Part shown: positions 47,083-58,481 of the stretch, one piece after another
Layout of the letters: each line of letters starts with the position of its first letter
Position numbering within the stretch: the stretch's first letter is position 1
Assembly: GCA_012515075.1 (NCBI GenBank)
Contig: JAAYZC010000002.1
Coordinates: 70,048-134,047, forward strand
Direction of reading: 5' to 3'
From: Thermoplasmatales archaeon
Lineage (GTDB): Archaea > Thermoplasmatota > Thermoplasmata > Methanomassiliicoccales > Methanomethylophilaceae
Length of the DNA stretch: 64,000 nt
Program-made: the position numbers and the translations under genes
Notes under the pieces: model-generated
What the model saw: only the letters and a program-made list of their open reading frames with translations
Database searches by the model: none
Told to the model about the DNA's origin: nothing

Positions 47083-49290
47083 TCACCCGTAGAGGGGGAC
47101 GCTGTCCCAGCTTCCGCGGCGCTTGTTGATCTCCTTCCCCATCTCCTCATAGGCCCGGAAGGCCTCTGGGTCCACCGAAGGCCTGACCGCGGACAGGGCG
47201 GCCCTGAAGTGTCTATCCTCCACGAATTCCGTGCGGGGGTTCTCCCGGAACGCGATCATCCCCGCCTCTCTGCAGAGGGCGGCCAGGTCCGCTCCGACGT
47301 ATCCGTCGGTAAGCTGGGCGATATCAATCAGGTCTATGTTGATCAGGGGCATCTCCCGGGTCTGCACCTCCAGTATCCTCAGCCGGGATTCAAGGTCGGG
47401 TTTCCCTATCAACACAAGCCTGTCGAACCTACCGGGACGAAGAAGGGCGGGATCCACCATGTCCGGCCGGTTGGTGGCGGCCATGACCATGACGTTCTTC
47501 AGGCTCTCGACACCGTCCATCGACGTCAGGAGCTGGTTAACCACCCTTTCCCACGATGAGGAATCCCCGCGACCCCTGACGGGGGCCACCGCGTCGAGCT
47601 CGTCGAAGAAGATTATGCAAGGAGCCATCTGCTTTGCCCTCTTGAATATCTGCCTGACGGCCTTCTCGGTCTCCCCCAGCCATTTGCTGGCTATCTCCGG
47701 TCCGCTCACAGATATGAAATTGGCCCCCGACTCGTTGGCCACGGCCTTGGCGATAAGGGTCTTGCCGGTGCCCGGGGGACCGTAGAGCAGGACCCCCTTC
47801 GCCGGCGTTATACCCAGACGCTCGAACGCCTTCGCGTCCTCGGTGGGTATGAAAACCTCCCTTATCTCGTTCTTCACATCCTCCAGGCCGCCCACGTCGC
47901 TCCAGCTCACCTTGGGTATCTCCACCAGGACCTCCCTCATCCCGCTGGGATCCACTTCGGAAAGCGCATCCGTGAAATCGTCCATGGTAACCCTCATGCT
48001 CTCCAGCGCGGACTGGGGGACGGGCTTGTCCAGATCCATCTCGGGCATCTTCCTGCTCAGGCACTTCATGGCGGCCTCCCTGCAGAGGGCGGCCAGATCG
48101 GCACCCACGAACCCCTGCGTCATGCCCGCCAGGGAATCCGCGTCCACGTCCTCGGAAAGGGGCATCCCTCTCATGTGGACCCCCAGTATCTCCCTCCTGC
48201 CGCGGTTGCCGGGTATGCCTATCTCGATCTCCCTGTCGAACCTGCCGGGCCTCCGGAGGGCGGGGTCCACCGCGTCCTCCCGGTTGGTGGCCCCTATCAC
48301 TATGACGTCCCCCCTGTCGCTGAGGCCGTCCATGAGAGTGAGCAGCTGGGCCACGACCCTCCTCTCCACCTCCCCCGATACGGAATCCCTGCTGGGCGCG
48401 ATAGAGTCGATCTCATCCAGGAATATTATGCTGGGCGCGCTCTCCTCGGCGCCTTTGAATATCTCTCTGAGGCGCTCCTCGCTCTGCCCGTAGTAACGGC
48501 CTATTATCTCGGGCCCCTGCACGGCGTAGAAGGATGCTCCAGATTCGTTGGCCACGGCCTTGGCGATAAGGGTCTTGCCGGTGCCCGGGGGACCGTAGAG
48601 GAGAACGCCCTTCGGGGCGGATATGCCCAGCCGGTCGAAGAGCTCGGGATGCTTGAGCGGCAGCTCTATCATCTCCCTTACCCTCTTGAGCTCATCGTCC
48701 AGGCCGCCGACCTCGTCGTACGTTATCTGGCCGCTGTATTCGCCGGCGGACACCGCAGAGTCCTCCCTGACCACAATCTCGGTGTCCTGCCCGACCGCCA
48801 CGATCTCCTGGGGGACTGTGCTGACCACGCGGAAGGTGGAGCGGTTCCCCATGAGCGCTATGTTGGGCACGATTATGTCGTTCCCCTTGATCAGGGGGCG
48901 TGACATGAGCCCGTTGCGGAAGACCTCCTCCATCCCGTTCTCGAATCTTATCCTCTTGCCCGGCGGTATGTTGGGGGCCAGGACGACCTTCTCGGCGGGG
49001 ACGGGGCTGCACGTCCTGACCCGCACGGTCTCGTCAAGGCCCACGCCGGCGTTGGTGCGGGTGAGGCCGTCTATGCGGATCAGCCCCCTGCCCTCGTCCT
49101 CGGGCACGCTCTTCATGACCTTGGCCACGTCGGCCCTCTTGCCCAGAATCTCTATGGCATCGCCTATTTCGACACCCAGCAGCATTCTGGACGCGGCATC
49201 CATCCTCGCCCTGCCGTATCCCGTCTCGGACTGCTTGCGGGCCATCGCGACCTTCAGTTCGATAAACTCCTCCGTGTCCCGATCCATCAC
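47083..49290 (-). CDS. cdc48: CDC48/VCP-type AAA+ ATPase
   Basis: N-domain (ELKVAMARKQ...GVEIGDAIEILG) and two AAA modules, each with GPPGTGKTLIAKAVANE and DELD/DEID Walker B motifs. 735 aa. Confidence 0.95.
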   Translation of the reverse strand: MMDRDTEEFIELKVAMARKQSETGYGRARMDAASRMLLGVEIGDAIEILGKRADVAKVMKSVPEDEGRGLIRIDGLTRTNAGVGLDETVRVRTCSPVPAEKVVLAPNIPPGKRIRFENGMEEVFRNGLMSRPLIKGNDIIVPNIALMGNRSTFRVVSTVPQEIVAVGQDTEIVVREDSAVSAGEYSGQITYDEVGGLDDELKRVREMIELPLKHPELFDRLGISAPKGVLLYGPPGTGKTLIAKAVANESGASFYAVQGPEIIGRYYGQSEERLREIFKGAEESAPSIIFLDEIDSIAPSRDSVSGEVERRVVAQLLTLMDGLSDRGDVIVIGATNREDAVDPALRRPGRFDREIEIGIPGNRGRREILGVHMRGMPLSEDVDADSLAGMTQGFVGADLAALCREAAMKCLSRKMPEMDLDKPVPQSALESMRVTMDDFTDALSEVDPSGMREVLVEIPKVSWSDVGGLEDVKNEIREVFIPTEDAKAFERLGITPAKGVLLYGPPGTGKTLIAKAVANESGANFISVSGPEIASKWLGETEKAVRQIFKRAKQMAPCIIFFDELDAVAPVRGRGDSSSWERVVNQLLTSMDGVESLKNVMVMAATNRPDMVDPALLRPGRFDRLVLIGKPDLESRLRILEVQTREMPLINIDLIDIAQLTDGYVGADLAALCREAGMIAFRENPRTEFVEDRHFRAALSAVRPSVDPEAFRAYEEMGKEINKRRGSWDSVPLYG

Positions 49291-49417
49291 CCGCCCATCG
49301 GCTTACCTTTATATTTACGTTATTTTCCACGCATCGAACCGCGCATATTCAGCACATTGGCGAGATATTATATACGATGAGAGGTTCAGTACTGAGTACA
49401 AGCTTTAAGCTATCCAA

Positions 49418-49491
49418 GGGCCTGTAGCTCAGCTAGGTAGAGCATCTGACTTTTAATCAGGTGGTCAAGGGTTCGAATCCCTTCAGGCCCG
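49418..49491 (+). tRNA. tRNA-Lys (anticodon UUU), CCA not encoded
   Basis: Acceptor stem GGGCCTG/CAGGCCC, anticodon stem TCTGA/TCAGG, loop CTTTTAA and T-loop GGTTCGAAT. Discriminator G is followed by CTG. Confidence 0.9.
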
Positions 49492-49616
49492 CTGATGGTC
49501 TTCATGAGCGATCGACGGCGGATCAAGTATGAGGAAGGACATGAAAACAGCAGGCTCTTTTGGTAAACAGGTTTCCCGCTGATCCGTTAGGCGGGCAGTA
49601 AAGTAGGTGATTCAAC

Positions 49617-49883
49617 TTGGCAGCAGACAATATCTCGTTCAACGTCCTCAAGCACGACCTCGTGCCTGAGCACCACCTTCTGTCGGAGGAGGAGGCATCG
49701 GCAGTGCTCGAAAGACTCGGCATGACTCGTGACCAGCTCCCGAAGATAAGGAAGAGTGATGCGGGCATCAGGGTCCTCGGCAGCATATACGGTCCGATAG
49801 AGGAGGGCCGCATAGTTAAGATTGTGAGGAAGAGTGAGACGGCTCAGGAGTTCGTCGCATACAGACTCGTCACGAGGGGGTAA
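49617..49883 (+). CDS. rpoH: RNA polymerase subunit H (Rpo5)
   Basis: [19 protein letters not shown]...LPKIRKSD...[13 protein letters not shown] start 7 nt after the SD AGGTGA, with no in-frame ATG available near the N-terminus. Confidence 0.9.
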   Translation: MAADNISFNVLKHDLVPEHHLLSEEEASAVLERLGMTRDQLPKIRKSDAGIRVLGSIYGPIEEGRIVKIVRKSETAQEFVAYRLVTRG

Positions 49884-49887
49884 GAAA

Positions 49888-52800
49888 TTGAGGGACCTAG
49901 TTAAACTGTATTTCGATGAGCGCAACATCGTCAACCATCACATCTCATCATTCAACGATTTCCTGTCGACACCCGACAATCCCAACAGCAGGATGCAGAG
50001 GATCGTCGACGACATAAGGGTGCCCACGGACGACGCCGACCGCGGGGTCATAAGACTGGACCCCGAACGCACGGGCGGAAGGAGCATCGAGATACGCATA
50101 GGGAGGAAGAGGGACGAGGACGGGTCCGTCGACCCCCTGGCCAAGCCCACCATACGCATCGACGAGCCCAAGGTCATGGAGGCCAACGGATACAGCCACG
50201 ATCTGTCCCCGATGGAGGCCAGGCTCAGGAACCTGAACTACATGTCTCCGGTTTTCGTTCATTTCGACATAATCGAGGACGGTGTCGAGAAGGAGATCCC
50301 GGAGAGCGAGAGATGGATACACGTCGGCGACCTGCCGATGATGGTCAAATCGAAAGGATGCAACCTCAACAGGAAGGTAGTGGAGCTGCACAGGGAGAGG
50401 GAGATATCCGACGAGGAGTACCAGGAGGAGCTCGTAAGCCAGAAGGAGGACCCCCGCGAGCCGGGAGGATACTTCATCATAGGCGGGACGGAGAGGGTCC
50501 TGATAACGCTCGAGGACCTTGCGCCGAACAGGGTCATGGTCGAGTACAACGAGAAGTACGGCTCCAAGGTGGAGGTGGCCAAGGTCTTCTCCCAGAAGGA
50601 CGGCTACCGCGCCCTCACACTGGTGGAGAAGAAGAAGGACGGGATGGTCATGGTCTCTGTGCCGGTCGCCTCCGGGTCCATACCCCTGGTGGCGCTGATG
50701 AAGGCCTTGGGCATGGAATCGGACGAGGAGATCTACGAGACAATAGTCTCCCGCGAGGAGATGGCGAACATAGTTTACGCCAACATCGAGAGCTCCTTCG
50801 ACAAGAAGACCTACGCCCCCAACGGATACCACACGCAGGAGGACGCGATACTGTTCCTGGAGAGGAACTTCGCAGCCGGCCAGGCGAAGGAGTACAGGAC
50901 GAAGAAGGTCGAGAGCATACTGGACCGTTCCCTGCTCCCGCATCTAGGGGACACCGAGGCGGACCGCATGAAGAAGGCAATCTTCCTAGGGCGCATAGCG
51001 CGCTCGGTGCTCGAGCTCTCCCTCGGAGAGAGGAAGGAGGACGATAAGGACCACTACGCCAACAAGAGGCTAAAGCTGTCCGGCGACCTCATGGAGGACC
51101 TCTTCAGGACCAGCTTCAGCAGCCTCATGAAGGACCTCAAGTACCAGCTCGAGAGGAACTGGGGACGTAAGAAGAGTGACCTCAACATATCGTCCTCCAT
51201 ACGCCCCGACCTGCTGACGCACAAGCTCCTGCATGCCCTTGCAACCGGGAACTGGGTCGGAGGGCGTGCCGGGGTATCGCAGCTTCTAGACAGGACATCC
51301 AACATGTCCGCGATGTCCCACCTCAGGAGGATAACCTCCTCCCTCACCAGGAGCCAGCCCCATTTCGAGGCCCGTGACCTGCACCCCACGCAGTGGGGCA
51401 GGCTGTGCCCCTCGGAGACCCCCGAAGGACAGAACTGCGGTCTCGTAAAGAACGCGGCCCTCATAATCGATGTCTCCGAGGGTTTCCCGGAGTCCGACGT
51501 CAAATGGATGCTCAAGGAGTTCAGCGTGGGGCCGGTCAAACAGCAGTGCACCCGCGTCTACGTGAACGGGGACCTTGTGGGATCGCACACCGACGCCGGG
51601 AAGCTGGTCGGCGAGGTCCGCGAACGGAGAAGGTGCGGGCTGCTCTCCAACGAGATCAACATACGCTACGACGAGGAGATGGACGAGGTCATAATAAACT
51701 GTGACGAGGGCCGCCTCAGGCGCCCCCTCCTGATCCTGAAGGACGGCAGGACCATGTTCACCAGGAAGCACATCGAGGGCATCCGGGACAGGAAGGTCAA
51801 ATGGAACGACCTCTTCCGTGAAGGCATACTCGAATGGCTGGATGCGGAGGAGGAAGAGGACGCCCTCGTGGCCGTGGAAGCATTCGACGTCCCTGACAGA
51901 TGCGAGCACTGCGGTCGCGCCCTGTCTCCCACCGACGTTGACTGGATGAATCCCGGAAAGGAAGGGGACGCTGTCCTCAAGTGCAGGTACTGCGAAGACG
52001 ATTTCACCGTCCCCTGCAAGATCACAGCCGAGCACACACATATGGAGGTCGATCCCATGGTGATCCTCGGCGTGGCTTCAGGCATAGTCCCCTATCCCGA
52101 GCACAATTCCGCCCCCCGTGTGACGATGGGCGCGGGGATGGCCAAACAGGCCCTGGGGATACCCGCCTCGAACTACCGCATAAGACCGGACACCCGTGGA
52201 CACCTGCTGCACTACCCCCAGGTCCCCATGGTGCAGACCCAGACCATGGAGTTCATGGGATACAAGCACCGCCCCGCGGGACAGAACTTCTGCATAGCGG
52301 TCCTCTCCTACCACGGATACAACATAGAGGATGCCCTGGTCATGAACAAGAGCTCCGTCCAGAGAGGGCTGGGCAGATCCTCGTTCCTCAGATCCTACAG
52401 GTCGGAGGAGCGCCGCTATCCCGGCGGTCAGGAGGACCACTTCGAGATACCCTCGCCGGACGTAATGGGTGCCCGCGCCGACCTGGCGTACGCATCCCTC
52501 GGCGAGGACGGTCTGATCGCCCCGGAGTCCGAGGTCACGGGAAGCGACGTGCTCATAGGCAAGACCTCGCCGCCCCGTTTCCTGGAGGAGGAGACCGACT
52601 TCCTCACGCCTCAGAAGAGGAGGGAGACCTCCATAACCGTCAGGCCCGGGGAGAGGGGATTCGTGGACTCCGTCATGGTCACGGAGTCCGAGAACGGATC
52701 ACGGCTCGTGAGGGTGAAGATAAGGGACGAGAGGATACCCGAGCTGGGGGACAAGTTCTGCTCCAGATTCGGACAGAAAGGGGTCGTGGGACGTCTCGTG

Positions 52801-53487
52801 GATCAGTGCGACATGCCCTTCACCGAGGACGGAATCACCCCCGACCTGGTCGTCAACCCCCACGGAATACCCTCCCGTATGACCATCGGACACGTCCTGG
52901 AGATGATAGCCGGCAAGGTCGGGTCCATGGAGGGTCGTGTAATAGACGGCACCGCCTTCTCCGGAGAGAGGGAGGAGTCCATACGCGACGGTCTCGTGAG
53001 GAACGGGTTCAAGAACACCGGGAAGGAGGTCATGTACGACGGAAGGACCGGGCGCATGATCCAGACCGATATCTACACAGGGGTCATATTCTACGAGAAG
53101 CTGCACCACATGGTCAGCGGAAAGATGCATGTCCGTTCCCGCGGTCCCGTGCAGATTCTCACCAGGCAGCCCACCGAGGGACGCTCGAGACAGGGAGGTC
53201 TCAGGTTCGGGGAGATGGAGCGCGACTGCCTCATAGGACACGGCGCGGCCATGGTCATCAAGGACCGCCTGCTGGACGAGTCCGACGGCACCCAGCAGTA
53301 CATCTGCGGGAACCCCAAGTGCGGACACATAGCCATAATGGACAGGCACGGCTCCCTTTACTGCCCGGTATGCAAGAACAACACCAGCATCTACCTGGTT
53401 CAGACATCTTACGCCTTCAAGCTCCTCATGGACGAGCTGCTGTCGCTGGGTGTCGCTATGAGGCTTCAGCTGGAGGACTTAAGATGA
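49888..53487 (+). CDS. rpoB: RNA polymerase subunit B (Rpo2), unsplit
   Basis: The conserved N-terminus [22 protein letters not shown] forces the TTG start at 49888 (SD GAGGGGG). Other motifs: [15 protein letters not shown], and a C-terminal Zn motif CGNPKCGH...CPVCKN. It is one continuous 1199-aa ORF. Confidence 0.95.
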   Translation: MRDLVKLYFDERNIVNHHISSFNDFLSTPDNPNSRMQRIVDDIRVPTDDADRGVIRLDPERTGGRSIEIRIGRKRDEDGSVDPLAKPTIRIDEPKVMEANGYSHDLSPMEARLRNLNYMSPVFVHFDIIEDGVEKEIPESERWIHVGDLPMMVKSKGCNLNRKVVELHREREISDEEYQEELVSQKEDPREPGGYFIIGGTERVLITLEDLAPNRVMVEYNEKYGSKVEVAKVFSQKDGYRALTLVEKKKDGMVMVSVPVASGSIPLVALMKALGMESDEEIYETIVSREEMANIVYANIESSFDKKTYAPNGYHTQEDAILFLERNFAAGQAKEYRTKKVESILDRSLLPHLGDTEADRMKKAIFLGRIARSVLELSLGERKEDDKDHYANKRLKLSGDLMEDLFRTSFSSLMKDLKYQLERNWGRKKSDLNISSSIRPDLLTHKLLHALATGNWVGGRAGVSQLLDRTSNMSAMSHLRRITSSLTRSQPHFEARDLHPTQWGRLCPSETPEGQNCGLVKNAALIIDVSEGFPESDVKWMLKEFSVGPVKQQCTRVYVNGDLVGSHTDAGKLVGEVRERRRCGLLSNEINIRYDEEMDEVIINCDEGRLRRPLLILKDGRTMFTRKHIEGIRDRKVKWNDLFREGILEWLDAEEEEDALVAVEAFDVPDRCEHCGRALSPTDVDWMNPGKEGDAVLKCRYCEDDFTVPCKITAEHTHMEVDPMVILGVASGIVPYPEHNSAPRVTMGAGMAKQALGIPASNYRIRPDTRGHLLHYPQVPMVQTQTMEFMGYKHRPAGQNFCIAVLSYHGYNIEDALVMNKSSVQRGLGRSSFLRSYRSEERRYPGGQEDHFEIPSPDVMGARADLAYASLGEDGLIAPESEVTGSDVLIGKTSPPRFLEEETDFLTPQKRRETSITVRPGERGFVDSVMVTESENGSRLVRVKIRDERIPELGDKFCSRFGQKGVVGRLVDQCDMPFTEDGITPDLVVNPHGIPSRMTIGHVLEMIAGKVGSMEGRVIDGTAFSGEREESIRDGLVRNGFKNTGKEVMYDGRTGRMIQTDIYTGVIFYEKLHHMVSGKMHVRSRGPVQILTRQPTEGRSRQGGLRFGEMERDCLIGHGAAMVIKDRLLDESDGTQQYICGNPKCGHIAIMDRHGSLYCPVCKNNTSIYLVQTSYAFKLLMDELLSLGVAMRLQLEDLR

Positions 53488-56282
53488 TGCGCGGAATTAC
53501 CAAGAGGATCGGATCGATAAAGTTCTCCTGTGTCTCCCCGGAGGAGATCAGGAAGATGTCGGCCACGAAGGTCATAACGGCCGACACCTACGACGACGAG
53601 GGCTACCCCATAGAGATGGGTCTCATGGATCTGCACATGGGTGTCATAGAGCCCGGACTCCGCTGCAAGACCTGCGGATGCAAGGTGGACGAGTGTCCCG
53701 GGCACTTCGGGCACATAGACCTGGCGTTGCCCGTCATACACGTGGGTTTCATAAAGGACATAAAGCTGATGCTGGAGAGCACCTGCCGCCAGTGCGGCAG
53801 GCTTATGCTCTCCCCGGACCAGATACAGGCCCGTCTGGATAGCATGGAGCGCATGGAGGAGCTCGGCGGCGACACCATAGATGTCAAGAACTTCTCCAAG
53901 GAGACGGCCAAGGACGCCTCAAACAAGGGCATCTGCCCCTACTGCGGCACCGAGCAGATAAAGATAAAGCTCGACAAGCCCACGACCTTCAGGGAGGTCG
54001 ACGACAACCACAAGCTGACGCCCAAAGAGGTCCGCGAGAGGCTGGAGAGGATACCCGACGAGGACCTGATGGCCCTGGGAATGGACCCCTCCACATGCAG
54101 GCCCGAGTGGATGGTGCTGACGGCGCTGGCGGTACCGCCTGTAACCGTGCGTCCCTCGATCACCCTGGACTCCGGAGACAGATCCGAGGACGACCTGACC
54201 CACAAGCTGGTGGACGTGCTCAGGATCAACCAGAGGCTCAGGGAGAACCGCGACGCCGGAGCCCCACAGCTCATAGTGGAGGATCTCTGGGAGCTCCTGC
54301 AGTACCATATAACAACGTATTTCGACAACCAGACGTCCGGCATACCCCCTGCGAGGCACAGGTCCGGACGCCCGCTGAAGACACTGGCCCAGAGGCTGAA
54401 GGGGAAGGAGGGCCGTTTCAGGTCGAACCTTTCCGGAAAGCGCGTGAACTTCTCCGCCCGTACCGTGATATCCCCCGACCCGCTGCTGTCCATCAACGAG
54501 GTGGGCGTGCCGGTCGCCGCCGCCAGGGAGCTCACCGTGCCCGTGCATGTGAACGAGCACAACATCGAGGCCATAAAGGTCATGGTCTCCCGCGGGCCCG
54601 AGCCCCTGGAGGACGGCCCCTACGTGCCCGGTGTCAACTACGTGATACGCTCCGACGGAAGGAGGATAAGGGTTACCGACCGCAACGCCGCGGACGTGGC
54701 GGAGGCCATCGAGGTGGATTACAGCATCGAGAGGCAGCTGGTCGACGGCGACGTCGTCCTCTTCAACAGGCAGCCCTCGCTGCACAGGATGTCCATGATG
54801 GCCCACCGCGTCAGAATAATGGACGGCCGCACCTTCAGGTTCAACCTGTGCGTCTGCCCCCCATACAATGCGGATTTCGACGGCGACGAGATGAACCTTC
54901 ACGTGCTGCAGTCCGACGAGGCTCGCGCCGAGGCGCGCATACTCATGCAGGTCCAAGAGAACATCCTCTCCCCCAGATACGGGGGGCCGATCATCGGAGC
55001 CATACATGACTACATAACCGGAGCCTACTTCCTTACGCACAACAACCCCTCATTCGACCTGGAGCAGACGACGAACATCCTGTCCAAGATACCCGATATC
55101 GAGATACCCGAGCCTCTGAAAGACGGCGACGGCGGCGAGCACTGGTCCGGTAAGCAGCTGTTCTCCATGGTCCTCCCGGATGACTTCCGCACGACCTTCA
55201 AGGCCAACATATGCCAGAACTGCAAGGTGTGCAAGAAGGAGCAGTGCGAGTACGACGCCTACGTCAAGATACGCGGGGGCAGGCTCCTGTGCGGGACCAT
55301 AGACGTCAAGGGCATAGGCAACTCCAAGGGGAAGATACTGGACCGCATTGCCCGCGACTACGGGTCCGACCGGGCCTGCAGGTTCATAAACGAGGTCACC
55401 AGGCTGTCCATCGGCGCTCTCATGAACCACGGGTTCAGCACCGGTATCGACGACGAGGACATACCCCCGGAGGCGGCCCTCCAGATCTCCAACTACAACC
55501 AGGAATGCATATCTAAGGTGTCGCAGCTCGTGGAGTCCTACCAGGACGGCACGCTGGACCAGATGCCCGGACGCTCGCTCAGGGAGACCCTGGAGGTCGA
55601 GATCATGCGCGTCCTGGGTCAGGCCCGTGACGAAGCGGGACGCGTCGCAGGCAAGCACCTCGGCATGGCGAACCCCGCGGTCATAATGGCCAGGGCAGGC
55701 GCGCGCGGCTCCATGCTTAACCTGTCCCAGATGGCAGGATGCGTGGGCCAGCAGGCTGTCCGCGGTGAAAGGCTGGCCAGAGGGTACTGGAACAGGACGC
55801 TTCCCCACTTCCACAAGGGGGACCTGGGTGCATACGCCAGGGGATTCTGCTCCAATTCCTACAAAACCGGGCTGTCGCCCACCGAGTTCTTCTTCCACTC
55901 CATGGGAGGAAGGGAAGGACTCGTCGACACCGCGGTGAGGACGTCCAGATCCGGTTACATGCAGAGGAGGCTGGTGTCCGCACTGGAGGATCTGAAGCTA
56001 ACCTCCGACGGCACTGTAAGGAACACCGTGGGAACCGTCGTACAGTTCAAATACGGCGAGGACGGCGTAGACCCCTCCAGAACCGTGAGGGGCAAGGCGA
56101 TAGACCTGGACGACCTGTTCGCCGAGGTGCTCGGAGACGATGCCGACATGCTCCTACATATAGAGGACAAGGACGAAGGGGAGGACTACGGCGCCCGCGA
56201 GAAGGACGAGATGGAATTCGTCGAGGAGGAAGAGGGCGAATTCGACGACATAGAGACAGATTACGACGCAGGAGGCGAGTGA
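53484..56282 (+). CDS. rpoA1: RNA polymerase subunit A' (Rpo1N)
   Basis: The ATG overlaps the rpoB stop (ATGA). Zn motifs [17 protein letters not shown] and the catalytic [12 protein letters not shown]. 932 aa. Confidence 0.95.
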   Translation: MMRGITKRIGSIKFSCVSPEEIRKMSATKVITADTYDDEGYPIEMGLMDLHMGVIEPGLRCKTCGCKVDECPGHFGHIDLALPVIHVGFIKDIKLMLESTCRQCGRLMLSPDQIQARLDSMERMEELGGDTIDVKNFSKETAKDASNKGICPYCGTEQIKIKLDKPTTFREVDDNHKLTPKEVRERLERIPDEDLMALGMDPSTCRPEWMVLTALAVPPVTVRPSITLDSGDRSEDDLTHKLVDVLRINQRLRENRDAGAPQLIVEDLWELLQYHITTYFDNQTSGIPPARHRSGRPLKTLAQRLKGKEGRFRSNLSGKRVNFSARTVISPDPLLSINEVGVPVAAARELTVPVHVNEHNIEAIKVMVSRGPEPLEDGPYVPGVNYVIRSDGRRIRVTDRNAADVAEAIEVDYSIERQLVDGDVVLFNRQPSLHRMSMMAHRVRIMDGRTFRFNLCVCPPYNADFDGDEMNLHVLQSDEARAEARILMQVQENILSPRYGGPIIGAIHDYITGAYFLTHNNPSFDLEQTTNILSKIPDIEIPEPLKDGDGGEHWSGKQLFSMVLPDDFRTTFKANICQNCKVCKKEQCEYDAYVKIRGGRLLCGTIDVKGIGNSKGKILDRIARDYGSDRACRFINEVTRLSIGALMNHGFSTGIDDEDIPPEAALQISNYNQECISKVSQLVESYQDGTLDQMPGRSLRETLEVEIMRVLGQARDEAGRVAGKHLGMANPAVIMARAGARGSMLNLSQMAGCVGQQAVRGERLARGYWNRTLPHFHKGDLGAYARGFCSNSYKTGLSPTEFFFHSMGGREGLVDTAVRTSRSGYMQRRLVSALEDLKLTSDGTVRNTVGTVVQFKYGEDGVDPSRTVRGKAIDLDDLFAEVLGDDADMLLHIEDKDEGEDYGAREKDEMEFVEEEEGEFDDIETDYDAGGE

Positions 56283-56283
56283 T

Positions 56284-57726
56284 ATGGCTAAGAAAGACAC
56301 GATGAAGGCGCTCGTCAACAGGGGGATAAGCGAAGAGACCTCCGCCCTCCTTCTGACCCGCTACAACACACTGACCTCGATAGGCCAGGCGCCCGTAGAG
56401 GAGCTCGTGGGAGTGGGCCTGACGGAGGAGGAGGCACAGTCTGTCCTCTCCAAGATCGGCAAGCGCCCTTCCAAATCCTCCCCCGCCAAGGCGAGGAAGG
56501 AGATCGAGGATATGGCCCCCCTGCAACCCATGGAGGAGATATCAAACCCCCATGTCTATTCAGAGGACGAGGTAAGGCTCAGGGAGATAGCAGACTCCGA
56601 GGACGTCGAGCTCCCCATGAAGATCCTGGTAGACATAGCGGCCCGCATAAGCGGGGCGGATCTGGACGACGACACCTGCAGAAGGATCGTCCAGGTCGCC
56701 GCCCGGATGTACACCGGCCACCTGATGGACCGTAACGAGTCTGCGGGGGTCATGGCCGCCCAGTCGATAGGGGAGCCGGGTACGCAGATGAACATGCGTA
56801 CCTTCCACTACGCGGGTGTGGCGAACATAAACGTCACACAGGGTCTGCCCAGGCTGATCGAGATCGTGGATGCCAGGCGCGTGCCGAGCACGCCCTCGAT
56901 GAACATACCGCTGGTCGGAATCGCCGCCGAGGACGAGAGCGTCGCACGCCGTGTTGCCTCCGAGATCGAGATGACGACCCTGCTGGACATAGCGTCCATA
57001 GAGACGGATATAACTAACATGAGGCTCGTCATAACCCCGGACCTCCGCAAGATGGATTCCCGCGGGATAAAGATCGAGGAGATACAGGACAGGCTGAACA
57101 GGATCAAGGCCCTGCGCGGTCTCGTGGAGATATCGGGATTCGACGTGGTCGTCACGTCCGACGAACCTTCGTACAAGAAACTCCAGATACTCTACGACAC
57201 GGCGAAGAACGCCAAGATAAAGGGCCTGGACGGCATCTTCAGGGCGGTCCTCAGCAAGAACGAGGGAGAGTGGAGGATAGTCACCGAAGGGAGCAATCTC
57301 AAAGAGGTCCTGAAGGTCGAGGGCGTGGATTCCAACAGGATAATGACCAACAGCATACTGGAGGTCGCCGACGTCCTGGGGATAGAGGCGGCTAGGAACG
57401 CCATAATACACGAGGCCATGGGAACCCTCGGAGAGGCAGGTCTCGACGTGGACATAAGACACATCATGCTGGTGGCGGACCTCATGACCAACGACGGTTA
57501 TGTGAAGGCCATAGGAAGGCACGGCGTGTCCGGCAAGAAATCGAGCGTGCTCGCAAGGGCGGCGTTCGAGATCACCGCCGCGCACCTGTTGCATGCCGCC
57601 ATGATCGGAGAGGTGGACAGCCTCGAAGGAGTGACGGAAAACATCATAGTCGGACAGCCGGTGACACTGGGAACCGGCGCCGTAAACCTTGTTTACACAC
57701 CCAAGAAGAAGGGGGATGAAGAATGA
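56284..57726 (+). CDS. rpoA2: RNA polymerase subunit A'' (Rpo1C) with an N-terminal HhH-like extension
   Basis: [21 protein letters not shown] and a C-terminal trigger-loop region. 480 aa. The first ~95 aa are extra; see findings. Confidence 0.9.
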   Translation: MAKKDTMKALVNRGISEETSALLLTRYNTLTSIGQAPVEELVGVGLTEEEAQSVLSKIGKRPSKSSPAKARKEIEDMAPLQPMEEISNPHVYSEDEVRLREIADSEDVELPMKILVDIAARISGADLDDDTCRRIVQVAARMYTGHLMDRNESAGVMAAQSIGEPGTQMNMRTFHYAGVANINVTQGLPRLIEIVDARRVPSTPSMNIPLVGIAAEDESVARRVASEIEMTTLLDIASIETDITNMRLVITPDLRKMDSRGIKIEEIQDRLNRIKALRGLVEISGFDVVVTSDEPSYKKLQILYDTAKNAKIKGLDGIFRAVLSKNEGEWRIVTEGSNLKEVLKVEGVDSNRIMTNSILEVADVLGIEAARNAIIHEAMGTLGEAGLDVDIRHIMLVADLMTNDGYVKAIGRHGVSGKKSSVLARAAFEITAAHLLHAAMIGEVDSLEGVTENIIVGQPVTLGTGAVNLVYTPKKKGDEE

Positions 57727-58001
57727 TAGACATAAGCAGAGCATTAAAAGCCGCGATAACCACGGGAAAGGTGGAGTTCGGGGTCGACCAGACAGAGAAA
57801 GCAGTCAAAGCCGGCAAGGCGCAGATGGTCATACTGGCCAGGAACTGCCCCAGCGAACTGCTCAAGAGCATCGATGTCGATGTGAAGGTCCACGTCTACG
57901 AGGGAAACAACATGGAGTTGGGAGCCCTCTGCGGTAAGCCCTTCTCGGTCTCCGCCCTCGCGGTCATCGACAAAGGTACCTCCAACATCTTAACGCTGTG
58001 A
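57723..58001 (+). CDS. rpl30e: Large-subunit ribosomal protein L30e
   Basis: 92 aa with [14 protein letters not shown]...[15 protein letters not shown]...[14 protein letters not shown] overlap with rpoA2. Confidence 0.9.
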   Translation: MIDISRALKAAITTGKVEFGVDQTEKAVKAGKAQMVILARNCPSELLKSIDVDVKVHVYEGNNMELGALCGKPFSVSALAVIDKGTSNILTL

Positions 58002-58435
58002 GGAACATGTCCGCCGATATCGTACTTACCGAGGATACCCTTAGGTACATCTCGCTGTTCGAGGCCGTGACCAAGGCCAACGTGATCGACTGCATGGACA
58101 CCGAGGAGAAACTCGTGTTCGTGGTCGAGAAGGGACAGGGGAACATAGCCGTGGGTAAAAAAGGCGAGCATGTGATAAAGCTCAAGGATAAGACAGGGAA
58201 GAACATCCAGGTTGTGGAGTACTCCGAAGATCCGGAGCAGTTCGTGAAGAACGTTTTCCACATCTACAGTCCTCAGAAGGTCGAGATCGAGCAGCGCGGG
58301 AACATAACCCACGCCACGGTCACGGTGGATCCCAAACTAAAAGGGCGGGCCATCGGCAAGGCGGGAAAGAATCTGCGCATAGCCAGGGACATCGTTAACA
58401 GGCACCATGAGATACAGAGCATAAGCGTGGACTGA
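57998..58435 (+). CDS. nusA: Archaeal NusA homologue (two KH domains)
   Basis: KH GXXG motifs VGKKGEHV and IGKAGKNL. GTG 57998 overlaps the rpl30e stop. ATG 58007 is an alternative start. Confidence 0.9.
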   Translation: MRNMSADIVLTEDTLRYISLFEAVTKANVIDCMDTEEKLVFVVEKGQGNIAVGKKGEHVIKLKDKTGKNIQVVEYSEDPEQFVKNVFHIYSPQKVEIEQRGNITHATVTVDPKLKGRAIGKAGKNLRIARDIVNRHHEIQSISVD

Positions 58436-58481
58436 TCGTGAGACCCCCGACGATCGTCGCGTCAGCGAGATCCCAAACCCC

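Noticed and set aside
51981-53483. First ~500 codons of the 1433-aa ORF 51981-56282
   Set aside because: This part overlaps rpoB out of frame and translates to Arg/Gly-rich nonsense. The conserved A' N-terminus ([15 protein letters not shown]) begins at ATG 53484, overlapping the rpoB stop.
58436-58481. Inverted repeat GATCGT-N10-ACGATC between convergent nusA and the radical SAM gene, as a terminator
   Set aside because: The stem is short and no oligo-T tract follows on either strand, so it is not convincing as an archaeal terminator.
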